Shown piece after piece: positions 51,249 through 63,255 of a DNA stretch of 64,000 bases. The notes below the pieces were generated by a model, which had not been told where the DNA came from, did not search any database, and saw only the letters and a list, made by a program, of their open reading frames with translations. Origin of the DNA: Octopus sinensis (taxonomy: Eukaryota); contig NC_043014.1 of NCBI RefSeq assembly GCF_006345805.1, forward strand, positions 38,130,001 through 38,194,000, written 5' to 3'. Made by a program: the position numbers and the translations under genes. Each line of letters opens with the position of its first letter. The stretch's first letter is position 1.

Positions 51249-52672
51249 TATTTAACGAGGTGTTCCAGTATGGTCGTGATCCAATGAATGAAGCCAGTAA
51301 AAGAATAAATGATAATCGAAAACATGTCTAAAACTAAGCCTGAACCTCAGCTGCCACAAATTAAATCTGTTTCTCTTTGAACCGACTTTCCTCAGAGACT
51401 TAAAAGAAAAAAAGAAGACAATTTTTTTTTAAGTAAGTGTTTTTGATGCTTCTATTGCAAATATAAATTAAAGCATTCTGCCAAACCTGGATTTTAACTT
51501 ATTTTAGCATCAACATCAACTAATTCTTTTCTCACTGCAGTCTTTCAATTTTTCAAAGAAATTTTTACATTTGTGATGACTTTCATTATCGTCTCTTGAG
51601 AAAGTGTGTAGGTTTCGTATTTCATTTTTCGTTTTCGTTTTTCGTTTTTTGCATAGATGTTAGTAATTCGCTGACATTGGTAGTGAATTTTCATTGTGTA
51701 ATGTATTCTTTAGAGAGGATGTAGACAAAATATTCGAATTTAGAAACATTTATTTCTAAAACAGAGGGAATTGACTGTCTGGTAAATTATCAATTATATT
51801 CAGTCTCCTTTTGTTATTTTTACACATAGATGTGTTTTGTTAATACAGAACAAAAATAAAAGAACAAGCAGGAAACAGGCCGATAATAACTATTTATAAA
51901 ACAGTTTAAATATGTTGTCTGAGAGTCTGGGGTTGAGAAAACATTTGCTTTTTTCTTTTTGCATGATGGAGATGGAAGTCTCGATATTTTTTTTCACATT
52001 TATAAAATGATGTTGAAATTCTTTTACGTGTGTGTGCGTGTATGTGTGTGAATGTTCGTATGTATGTATGTACGTATGTATGTATGTATGTATGTATGTA
52101 TGTATGTATGTATGTATGTATGTATGTATGTATGTATGTATGTATGAGAATGTGTCTCAGCATGTCTACAGTCTATGAAGCAGTCTATAAGACCTCCATA
52201 AAAATAAACATTTACATTACTTTTAGAGTGCATTCCATAAAGCTCTTGTTGTTGTTGTTGTTGTTGTTAGTGGTGGTGATGGTGGTGGTGGTGGTGGTGG
52301 TGGTGGTGCTGCTGCTGCCTGCTGCTGCTATTCGACTGTTCTTGCTATTAACGCTGTTGTTATTTTATAGATTTATAAATAATTTGTGTATTTTGTGAGT
52401 TTGGATAAGTTCGCATGAGGTGGAAGGAGTCGAGGAATTTGAAGTACCGTAGCCTGCTCCTTCACCTGAGAGAGATGGGGGGAGGGAGATAAATTAGAAT
52501 TCGTCTGGATCTGTTTTACTTGCTCGCCGGTTCCCTGCGGTACAGGCAGGGCCTTGGGGACGACTCCCACCTGTCTATGATTTCCATGTGTTTTAACACC
52601 CAGTGTTGTGAAGGAATCGTGCCCAAAGCCCTGCACCACTGCGAACCTGTGAACAAGGAAAATGTATGCATT

Positions 52673-53180
52673 GAGTATGTGCGGTCGATAGTGTTTACAA
52701 CACTAGCGCTGCTTTTAATTCATATTTGAATTTATTCTTACGCAAGCATCATCATCGTGGCACACCAGTAAATGGTTTGTAAGCTATTTTCATGTAGTCA
52801 TAGACTGGCGATTTAATTCGCCTTCAGTTCAATTCAGGTATGTGAGTATGTGTTAGTATGTATGGTTGATAATGTTTACAACATTGGCGCTGCTTCTAAT
52901 TTATAATTGAATCTAATCCTACATATGCATCATTGCGCCATGCCAGCAAATGGTTCTTACGTTATCTATATATATAGTCATAGACTGGCGATTCAGTTCA
53001 GCCTCAGTTCAATTCAGGTTTGTGAGTATGTGTTAGTATGTGTGGTCGATAACGTTTACGACAATAGCTCTGCTTCAAATTCATAACCAGATTTAATCCT
53101 ACATGTGTATCACTATGGTATACCAGCAAATGGTTTTTTACACTATCTATATATATAGTCTTAGAATGGCGATTCAGTTT
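52673..53180. repeat. three diverged tandem 180-bp units
   Basis: taga(c/a)tggcgat landmark at 52801, 52981 and 53162; ccag(c/t)aaatggtt and gtttac.aca in each unit. Confidence 0.85.
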
Positions 53181-53755
53181 ACCCCCACTCGGCTAACCAC
53201 CTCCCCTGAAATTGCAAACCTTGTCCCAAAATTTGAAAGGATTAATTGAACGTCGAGTTTTGTACACGTTTAATCCTGCTATCGAAATCAATTAAAGACC
53301 GAATCGTAAGGGTAACGAACAACCAGATATCTGAATGCTAAGAAGTAGCAATAGACTCAGCTGCATGGTTTTCGGTGCTATATCACCGGTCTCTAGCCAA
53401 GGTTAAAATACAGTCTCCAACAGTTTCACATAGCCGTCTCAATTGATTCCCACATCTTGTTCAAAGATGTGGGAATCAACACCGGCGTGCAGACGCAGTC
53501 TGAATGCTCTCTGTGTCCATGTCACTCTTACAGCATTTACAGTGTTCAGGAGGCATTCAGCAGCAGTCATAATATGCGGCGCGAATCATCATGATAAAGG
53601 CAACTCTTTACCAAAATTCAGACGACTTCTAGTCCTGCATGTCAGCCAACTGTTTCTCAACTACCACTTTAATCTTTATGTTCTTCAATACATCAAGATG
53701 TTCTTGAAAAAAAGAAACTCAAAAGACGTCGAATTTAGCTTGAATATACTGTATA

Positions 53756-54116
53756 TCTCTATATATAAACGGCAAAATGTCTGTGTGTGTGTCCTTTATA
53801 AAAATCCACAATTTTTCAGTTAGAGGGCTCGCACTTTCTATGGGCATTTAAAACCGTCCAAGGGTGGTCGTGCACATCTTTACATTTCTCCAAAACCCCG
53901 CAAAGCCATTAAAAAATCAATAGAAGTGACTTCTTTGTGAATTTTCTATCCAAAACCCAATCAAAATGCCCAAAACTTGATACGCCAATTGAATGCCAAC
54001 TAGCTGTATGTGATTGGTCGGAGATTTGGACAGTACTCGCGTGTATGTGCGCTCGCACGCAGCTGTATGTGCATGCACTAGCATTATGACCTGGCGTTGC
54101 CGGGTCATAGTGCTAG
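53756..54116 (+). mobile_element. non-autonomous Helitron, 361 bp
   Basis: 5' A|TCTCTATATATAAA, subterminal hairpin tatgacctgg-cgttg-ccgggtcata, 3' CTAG|T; no TSD. Confidence 0.85.
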
Positions 54117-54658
54117 TATATAATATAACATGAATACTGAACATATAGTTTATATATGATCAAAGCAATCGCACTTCTCAGAGGTGTTCCTTGCTGGATA
54201 TAATACATGGGAATGAGGTACCTCGGCAACTACTCCTAAAATGCTTAACAACCACTAGAAGGGAAAATACAAGTAGGTGCTTGTGGATGTGGCATAATGA
54301 AGGAGATCTTTATGTTTATCTTATGAAATTCGGGCTTGTTGCTAGCGTTAGTTCCCGTTCCAATCACGGTTTTCTTTCACTTTCTTTAAGACAATTTACT
54401 TCACTTTTTTTACGATCGTAAACATTCGGCTGCACGTTAATCAGAATCGATTAAAAACATAACGACCATTATTAAAAGTCTCGAGTAAGCTTGAAATACC
54501 GCTCTAGAACATCTAGGTTATGGAAATAAGGGGTTATTTATAAATCTGATGAACTCAAGAAAACCTGAACTTATTGTCATCGTATTCAAGGACTCACGTA
54601 TATTGAAAAGTTCCCATGGAACAAAGAAATTGTCCTTTTCATGTTTCTTTGAAATTAA

Positions 54659-54758
54659 NNNNNNNNNNNNNNNNNNNNNNNNNNNNNNNNNNNNNNNNNN
54701 NNNNNNNNNNNNNNNNNNNNNNNNNNNNNNNNNNNNNNNNNNNNNNNNNNNNNNNNNN
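54659..54758. other. assembly gap (100 N)
   Basis: Run of exactly 100 n. Confidence 1.
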
Positions 54759-55004
54759 AGTTACGATACTCTCAAATTTCATCGATGTAGATTTTGTCAT
54801 TCATCCTTCAGATGTTGATAAAATAAAATACCTGTCAAATACTCCGGATTACATAATCTACTGCACCCTCGTCTGCAAAGCTGTGGCATTGTGCCTTTGT
54901 TAGATTAAATTTGTCGAAAGATGGGCAGAAAGTGGATGGCTGCTACTGCTGTAACTGTTCCTATAGGACCTCTGTGTCGCTGTTCCAACCACGACCACAG
55001 CTTT

Positions 55005-55290
55005 CACAGAGGCAGAGAATGATTGCCTCATCCTCAGTAACATCAATTCATGTACCCGACGGGGTAGGTCACCAAGCTATCGATTGCTTCTTTCATCCAC
55101 ACAGAACCAGTCAGAGACTCTAAACCAGGGGTCGACGAACCGGGGTACACAGAGGCAGAGAATAATTGCCTCATCCTCAGTAATATCAATTCAAGTAGCC
55201 GACGGGGTAGGTCACCAAGCTATCGATTGCTTCTCTCATCCACACAGAACCAGTCATAGACTCTAAACCAGGGGTCGACGAACCGGGGTA
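55005..55290 (+). repeat. 143-bp tandem duplication ending in a hAT-like terminus
   Basis: cacagaggcagagaat starts at 55005 and 55148; each unit ends caggggtcgacgaaccggggta, and the second continues aattacccc. Confidence 0.85.
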
Positions 55291-56167
55291 AATTACCCCA
55301 AGTAGGGTAAAAATGAAATTCTTGAGTTTAGTGAGGTCTCATTAAACATAAGTTATAAAAAAAAGTCGTATTCTTTGTTACGACAGAATTTTTTTTTCTG
55401 GCGACACTGCATCTGTCAAATGTAATGGATGTGTGAAGAGATTCCTTAAAATAGATTCAATAAATCTTTTTAATTCAAGGAATCAATGATTTTCTTCCTT
55501 TCAAATAAAGGTGGGTAACGTTGGCGGGAGAATTTTCAATACACGGCCATGCAGGGATGTGAGAAATTACAAAGAAAATGGGGAAAACGCTAAGGAAGGA
55601 ATTAAGAAGTGAAGTGACAAAACAAAAATGAGTCCACGTTAAAGACAAATAAGATAATGGAAGTTGCTTACGAAGGTTCGCTAATGCTCCTGGAGTGTAT
55701 GCAGTCCTCATCTGTCTGAAAGAAGAGTGAGTGAAATACGAATCTGGTAAAGAAACTGAAATAAAAAAATACTGTGCTGGTTGATGAAGATATTTCAGGA
55801 CAAATACAAAGAACCACAAAACGGTTTGGCGGAAACAATTTGGAGAAAAAAATCAAACAAAACATCTAGAACTAAAAGATGGTTTTTTTGGGGGTTTTTT
55901 TGAAGATGTGGGACTTTTCACGGTTTGGCCAGAGCTACTGATGTTGCCATTTGAATTCGTACGACCCAGATTTCGGTGAGACGATAAAGATTTCCTAAAA
56001 CCGAAGGAGAATGAAGTCATGGTCACAGGTACTCTGATTCAGTTTGGGCGGTGGCTTCTTACATTGTTGGGGTGGATTATATTCATATTACAATGTTCAT
56101 ATCACAAAGGTTTTTAACCTACTTTAACACATAGAATTACATTTTTGCTCCCACCTTTCCGTTTACA

Positions 56168-56211
<44 letters not shown>

Positions 56212-56742
56212 ATTTATGTATGTATACATACATGTACGTCTTCATATTTTGTAGCCTTTCTTTGACATATTTTGCATTATAAACTTAGGTCGTTGTGGCT
56301 AATAATGAAATAATTATTTTTATATCATTATTATTCCGTGCAAAACTCTGTTCCACCTCAAAGTCGCTCAAAGCATAAATACCATGTTGGCAGCTGATGC
56401 ATCTGACTCGGTTAAGCATGTAGGTTTTGTAATTGATGTTAAAGGTTACGTAGAATATTCATTGGATGATATGGTAGCAAGTACACTTAAGGACACACAC
56501 ACGAATACATACATACACAAGCGCACATTTGCAGGTAGGTATCCTTGTATGTGTGATATATGCATGTGTTATATATATGTGTGTATGTATGTGTGTATGC
56601 GTGTATGTATGTATATATATATATCTATGTATATGAGTGTATGTGTACATACATGGTGTGTATGTGCGTGAATGAGTGTATAGTGGGGGTTATGAACAGG
56701 TATATATGTGTAAACATGAATGTCACAGCTACAGACGGGAGT

Positions 56743-56789
<47 letters not shown>

Positions 56790-56914
56790 ATACACACACA
56801 CACACACATACACACGCCCAGGGATTCCATGGAGCATCAGGAGATGGAACATAAAAGACACACTCAGACACATCGGTACAAACGTCTGGCTGGTGTCCAG
56901 GTAGGTGAACGCAA

Positions 56915-56951
56915 GTGCTGACGACGCTCATTGAAGTAGAAACACGTACTC
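56915..56951 (+). ncRNA. degenerate compact hammerhead motif
   Basis: gtg-CTGACGA-cgctcattgaagta-GAAA-CAC-GTA/ctc. The core is intact but the helices are weak; ACACGT is one CpG-type change from palindromic ACGCGT. Confidence 0.45.
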
Positions 56952-57424
56952 CAAATATTTCAGAGTTTCTTTTCATTAACAGCATATTAATTGCAGGGTA
57001 TTGTTGATGCTTTGTTATTATCTCCCTTTCTAATTCAAAGTCGGTTACAATTGCCGCTAGAAAGAGGTTTGCTTACTTTCTCTCAAAGCGAAGATAATAT
57101 CAATAAATCAAAGCTTTATCGTATATCGTATTTAATATAACTTTCCTTATCATTGTTATCCAAATTCAAATTACTGGTCAATCTCAGTTACATCTCTTGG
57201 CTCGTTACTGTTTTCCTCTTTCTCACTCATTCCATATATATAATTCGTATTTGTGAACAAAATAACTACGTAGCGTTCCGTTAAATAAGTTAAAAATCTA
57301 TAATAAATGTACAAACAGGAAACAGACACAAAAGGTTACCAAATCCTCATTAGTATCGACCAGAGGGTCTATATGCATGTATGTACATATATATATATAT
57401 ATATTATATATATATATATATAGA

Positions 57425-57662
57425 AATATTATTAGAGACAAACCACTATTTGCAAAACAAACAAGGAAGACTTAATCAATACATAAAATTTTAATAAATA
57501 GTCAAAATTTGAACTGACTTATTGAAGTCCACCTGAAGATTGTCGATCAAGACAAGAAACAATTGTAGTGGCGGCTTTTTTGACTTTATTAAAATTTTAT
57601 GTATTGATTAAGTCTTTCCTTGTTTGTTTTGCAAAATAGTGGTTTTTGTCTCTAATAATATT
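57425..57662. repeat. fold-back element, about 83-bp arms, hammerhead in loop
   Basis: 57425-57507 pairs with about 57576-57662; differences are almost only homopolymer-length indels. Confidence 0.9.
57529..57571 (+). ncRNA. intact compact type I hammerhead ribozyme
   Basis: CCAC-CTGAAGA-TTGTC-gatcaa-GACAA-GAAA-C-AATT-GTA/GTGG. All core positions and three helices are present; the predicted cut is after 57567. Confidence 0.9.
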
Positions 57663-57751
57663 TTATAATATTTTTCTATAAAATTGGATTTAATCCTAAA
57701 TCTGATTTTTTCCCTGTAAATTTGGATTTATTCCCTAATATTTATTATTAT

Positions 57752-57782
<31 letters not shown>

Positions 57783-57906
57783 TATATATATCGTGGGAGA
57801 GAGAGAGAGATCCATACACATATATGTGGACATTACATATAAATACACGCTACATATATATTATAAATATATATGTGTATATATGCATATACATTATGTA
57901 TATATA

Positions 57907-57941
<35 letters not shown>

Positions 57942-58234
57942 CTATATATATATATATATATAATATATATATATATAAATATAATATATATATATATAAT
58001 ATCTATATATATATATATATCTATATATATATATATATATACACACTATATATATATATATATATACATGTATGTTGCATATAAATATATGTATATTTGT
58101 ATGTACCAATCGCGGTCTTTGGCGCTCCAACACTGCTTATTTCGAAGAAACGCGGCTTTATTCCTTGAAGAATTCACTGCTGTTTTGATCTGTCCTGCCT
58201 GAGGCACCAGAAAAAGCAACAACAACAACAACGT

Positions 58235-58351
58235 AATAATAATAATAATAATAATAATCTAACGATGGTAGTAGCAGCAGTAGCAGTATTGTAGTAGCCA
58301 CAGCAACAGCAGCAACAACAGCAGTAGCAGTTTTAGTAGTAGTAGCAGTTT

Positions 58352-58384
<33 letters not shown>

Positions 58385-58457
58385 CAGTAGCAGCCACAGC
58401 AGCAACAGTAGTGGTAGTAGTAGCAATAGTAGTCGTAGTGGTGGTAGTAGTAGTAGT

Positions 58458-58490
<33 letters not shown>

Positions 58491-58910
58491 AAGTAGTAGT
58501 AGTAGTAGTAGTTGTTGTTGTTTTGTTGTTGTTGTTGCTGCAGGTCGACAGCCACTCTTCTAGTCGGCTTCGTTAATATCATCATCGCTACAACGATACC
58601 ACCACACCGCCGCCGCCGCCGCCGTCATCATCATCATCACCCCATGGACACCACCATAACCACAACCACAACCACGACCACAACCACAACCACAACCACA
58701 ACCACATCAATCAGCATCTACCCCCACCATCATTACTGGTAGCCTCGCCATCACCATCCTATCAGTACCACCACTACCACCTCCACCACTACCACTACCA
58801 GCACTACTACACTACCACACCACCACCACTACTAACACCGCTAACACCAGCACTGCTGGCAGAAGCACCACCACCACCACCACCACCACCATCATTATCG
58901 TCGTCATCAT
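58235..58910. repeat. compound trinucleotide low-complexity block (TAG/CAG/TTG/CAC)n
   Basis: Directly visible. Confidence 0.9.
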
Positions 58911-59285
58911 CTTAAGGACAATATAGACCTTGTATGTAGTGACGGTTCTTAGATATTTCACAGTCATTTCCTCCACCAATGAAACATTTTTCGTAGAAAA
59001 GGCGAGGCGAAAATTAAAGATAGATAAATAGTAGAACCATTTATATATGAGTATATAAATTGTGAAGAGATGGAATGAAATTATAATGCAGTGGTTGACT
59101 ACACAATCTGTCTAAGTTATAATGGGTAACCTATACGGCTTGGGAAGAAACTTAGAATGGTTTGTTTCGAAAACGAGCGGCGATTTCTTTTATTTGGTGC
59201 GTCTGATGGAATGTGCAGCACCCATTGCCCTTCCAGACTCTCCTAGACTGGTGTAACTGGTGCTGTTGATATTTCTTTGGAATCT

Positions 59286-59510
59286 GAGGCAGCGAGCTGG
59301 CAGAATCGTTAGCAGACTGGACAAAATGCTTAGCAACATTTCGTCGAATTTTGCGTCCTGAGTTCGAATTCCGCCGAGGTCAACTTTAGCTTTCATCCTT
59401 TCGAAATCGATTAAATAAGCACCTGAGGAGTCGATGTAATCGACTTACCCTTTCCCTGAAATTGCTGGTCTTGTGCCAAAATTTGGAACCAATATTTCTT
59501 TTGAATCTTT
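59286..59510 (+). mobile_element. monomeric GGCGAGCTGGCAGAA-family SINE
   Basis: gcgagctggcagaatcgttagc, B-box gagttcgaattcc, actttagctttcatcctttcg, tail gtcttgtgccaaaattt. The central domain recalls the Meta-SINE domain (from memory). Confidence 0.8.
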
Positions 59511-60519
59511 GTAAGTCAATATGTGCAAGAAGACATTGTCAGGGAGGAAATTCTAAATGATTGACGATCTTGGAATGAACTACTGAACGTCGTTGATTAG
59601 TGTGAACCCTGGGGAAGGATTGGGCACAACAAGAGATATGATACAACGAGTACACTGATTTCTATTTTAAAACGATTTTAATATTGTCTTTTTTTTTTCG
59701 TTTTTGAAGAATAACACATTTTAAAGGTGAAAGTAATCTAATGGGATGCCATAACATTTTTAGCACCTTATTCGAAGTGACATGGAGCGAAAAAGTTCGA
59801 AAACTGTATGTCTAACGTTTCTGGTAGAAACTGTTCGTCGGATGGTATCGTTTTCTGATGCTGTCGAATAGACAGATTCCGAATTGCTTCAAATCTTTCA
59901 GGTCTGACATCAAATCCCATCGTGGTCAACTTTGTCTTTCATAATTTCAGGGGTCGATGAGAATGTACCAAACACAAAAAAAAAATAAATAAATAAATTG
60001 TAGAGAAAAAAAAACGAAGTTACAAGAATTTACAAACAAGTTACGATGACTCAGGTTTGCCCACGAGAATATGATAGGTCGTTGGTTAAGCTTCATGTGT
60101 TCCAAACATCGAGGCTTTTGGCAGTAGGTGTGAAAGGCGAAATATTTTTTCTCAATTATGATTAGAAAATATGTTGCTTATATAGTAAAAAAAGTTTCGA
60201 CATTGTATGCTACTTGATAAAGACATTTCGAACTTTAATAATAGAATTTTGCATTTCAAATGTGTGTGTCCTTGTATTTAAATAGCCCTACATTCACATA
60301 TATAAATTTTTATATACATATACATGCGTGTGCATAATACGTATAAAATGATGCACACTAATCGCAGAGATGACAAAGTTTTCAATAAAAATTCGTGAAA
60401 GTTAGTCATAGTTGTTTGATTAAAATTGCGTCTCAGATACCTATCAAAAGTGTAGTGACTATAAACAGCATGCAAGAATCCCCACGAAAATTCAATTAGT
60501 TGTAAAATACCTACATACT

Positions 60520-61018
60520 TACATACATACTTACATACATACATGCATACATACATACATACATACATACATACATACATACATACATACATACGTACAT
60601 ACATACGTACATACATACATACGTACATACATACATACATACATACATACATAAATACATACATACATACATACATACATACATACATGCATACATACAT
60701 ACATACATACATACATACATACATACATACATACGTACATACATACATACATACATACATACATACATACATACATGCATACATACATACATACATACGT
60801 ACATACATACGTACATACATACATACATACATACATACATACATACATACATACATACACACACAGTTTCAGTTTCCATCTACCAAATCCACTCACAAGG
60901 CTTTGGTCGGCCCGAGGCTCTAGTAGAACACATTTGCCCAAGGTACCACGCAGTGGGACTGAACCCGGAACCATGTGGTTCATAAGCAAGCTACTTACCA
61001 CACAGCCACTCCTACGCC
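60520..61018 (-). mobile_element. (TACA)n tract followed by CORE-type SINE head
   Basis: (TACA)n at 60520-60860; cagtttccatctaccaaatcc...cacacagccactcctacgcc. Confidence 0.88.
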
Positions 61019-61778
61019 TATGGATAAATATTGCTAAACATTTCACCTAGTGTGCTAACATACATACATACATACATACATACATACATACATACATACA
61101 TACATACACACTAAAAATAAAAAAAAAATAAACCGCTTATCGATTCATTAATGTCGATTTCTTACATAGACGCAAGACCTGAAATTTGAGGAAGGAGATA
61201 CAGTTGATGACATCTATCCTGGTAAATGACTGTTACTCTTTTTTATTTGAAAGAAGAAGAAAAAGAAAAAAAAACAAGCAAAGTTGTCATTGGCGTGATT
61301 TGAACTCAGAACTTAAAGGTACATTGCTAAATACCGGAAGGCATTTTCACCGATGCTCGCTCGTGATTCTGCCAATCCACTACATTTATCTAATCGCTAA
61401 CAGTTCATTCACTGTTACTTCCATCATCAAAGTTTCTTCTTTCACCTTATCTCTATTCTTAACCAGTTATGTACAAAAATAAACAGAGCCGAGGCTATAT
61501 CAGTCGCCTGATCAACGGAGAAGGGACAAGTGGGGAAGGGGAGAAAAACAAACGAACAAACAAACAAACAAACAAACAAACAAACAGTGTGCCAGTCAGT
61601 AATGGTTTTAGTGGGGTTAGTGACAGGGGTGGGTGTAGCTGAAGTGGGATTGAAACAGCGCCCCGTGGCTAAAACAGGCATCATACAATGGCATATATAA
61701 AACAAATATAAGATTCGGAAATCCAACCGTCAATATGGATTATTGAAGAGAAACAAGAAGGGATAAAGAAAGATATAA

Positions 61779-61814
<36 letters not shown>

Positions 61815-61833
61815 TGTGTATACATACATACAT

Positions 61834-61994
61834 AGGTGCAGGAGTGGCTGTGTGATAAGTAGCTTGCTTACCATATGGTTCCGGGTTCAGTCGCATTACA
61901 TGGTAACTTGGACAAGTTGTCTTCTATTATCCCCTCGTTTAGACCAAAGCCTTGTGAGTGGATTCGGTAGACGGAAACTGAAAGAAGCCCGTCT

Positions 61995-62029
<35 letters not shown>

Positions 62030-62260
62030 ATGCGTGTGTGTGTGTGTGTGTCTGTGTTTGTGTGTATGTGTTTGTCCCCCACTATCACTTGACAACTGAT
62101 GCTGGTGTGTTTATGTCTCCGTAACTTAGCGGTTCGGCAAAAGAGACCGATAGAATACGTACTAGGTTTACAAAGAATAAGTCCTGGGGTTGATTTGGTC
62201 GACTAAAGGTGGTGCTCCAGTATGGCCGCAGTCAAATGACTGAAACAAAAGAATAAAAGA
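61834..62260 (+). mobile_element. full-length CORE-type two-part SINE
   Basis: ggtgcaggagtggctgtgtg head through ggtggtgctccagtatggccgcagtcaaatgactgaaac tail. Confidence 0.92.
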
Positions 62261-62261
62261 A

Positions 62262-62490
62262 CATGGATCCCATCAACTTTAAACGGAGTCTGGATAGATT
62301 CCATCAAGGAATACCAGATAAGCCACCCATAATTGGATACAACTCACCCAACAAAACTCACTACTTGAATGGACCATAAACAAAACTTGCCTTAAACAGG
62401 ATTCAAATAATCCTATCGGGTGGTGCTATTAAGTTAGACATGGCCTGGACCAATCATTGGTCGAAACATATCTAAGTTTATCTAAGTTTA
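62262..62490 (+). mobile_element. 3' fragment of a second CR1/L2-group LINE
   Basis: Reads MDPINFKRSLDRFHQGIPDKP, resembling the FKMKLGLFLSGVPDEP end of the LINE at 6661. It ends in a stem-loop plus GAAAC and an (atctaagttt)x2 tail. Confidence 0.7.
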
Positions 62491-62508
62491 TACACACACA
62501 CATATATA

Positions 62509-62566
<58 letters not shown>

Positions 62567-62812
62567 ATACATACATACATATATATACATATATATATAT
62601 GTATGAATATATGTATGTATATGTGTGCTTGTCTATATACATATACGTATGTGCGTGTATATACATGCATGCACATGTATATATACACACACACATGCAT
62701 ATATATGTATCAGAAATTGACCAGACTGTCGGAGACCGTTATACGTCTCTGGTCACAATGCGCTTTGCATCGCTTTTAGCTTTCGAATGATGTCCCCCTC
62801 CCCGTTGGATAG

Positions 62813-63036
62813 GGGAGCAGGCCAGATTACCTCTAATCGAAAGACTGGGTAGACTGAAAGAAAGTGAAATGAAGTGTTTTGCTCAAGAGAACACAGCGCG
62901 CCATTTGGACTGGTAATCGAACCTACGGTCGCTAGAACATGAGCCCAAAATCCTAACCACCGGTCCATGCGCCTTCGCTATACATACATACATACATACG
63001 TACATACATACATACATACATACATACATACATACA

Positions 63037-63070
<34 letters not shown>

Positions 63071-63255
63071 CATACATACACACACGGGAGCAGGCCAACA
63101 TTACCCCCGATAGGAAGACTGAGCGGGCTGAAAGAAAGTGAAATGAAGTATTTTGCTCAAGAGAACACAGCGCGCCATTCGGACTGGGAATCGAACCTAC
63201 GATCGCTAGATCATAAGTCCAAAATCCTAACCACTGGTCCATGCGCCTTCGCTAT
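62813..63255 (-). repeat. tandem duplication of a truncated SINE plus (TACA)n
   Basis: gggagcaggcca...gtgaaatgaagt.ttttgctcaagagaacacagcgcgcc...ccatgcgccttcgc at 62813-62980 and 63085-63253. Confidence 0.85.

Noticed and set aside
53480-53700. Cys-containing minus-strand frame (HCKCCKSD)
   Set aside because: Too broken to assign; possibly a transposase C-terminal relic.
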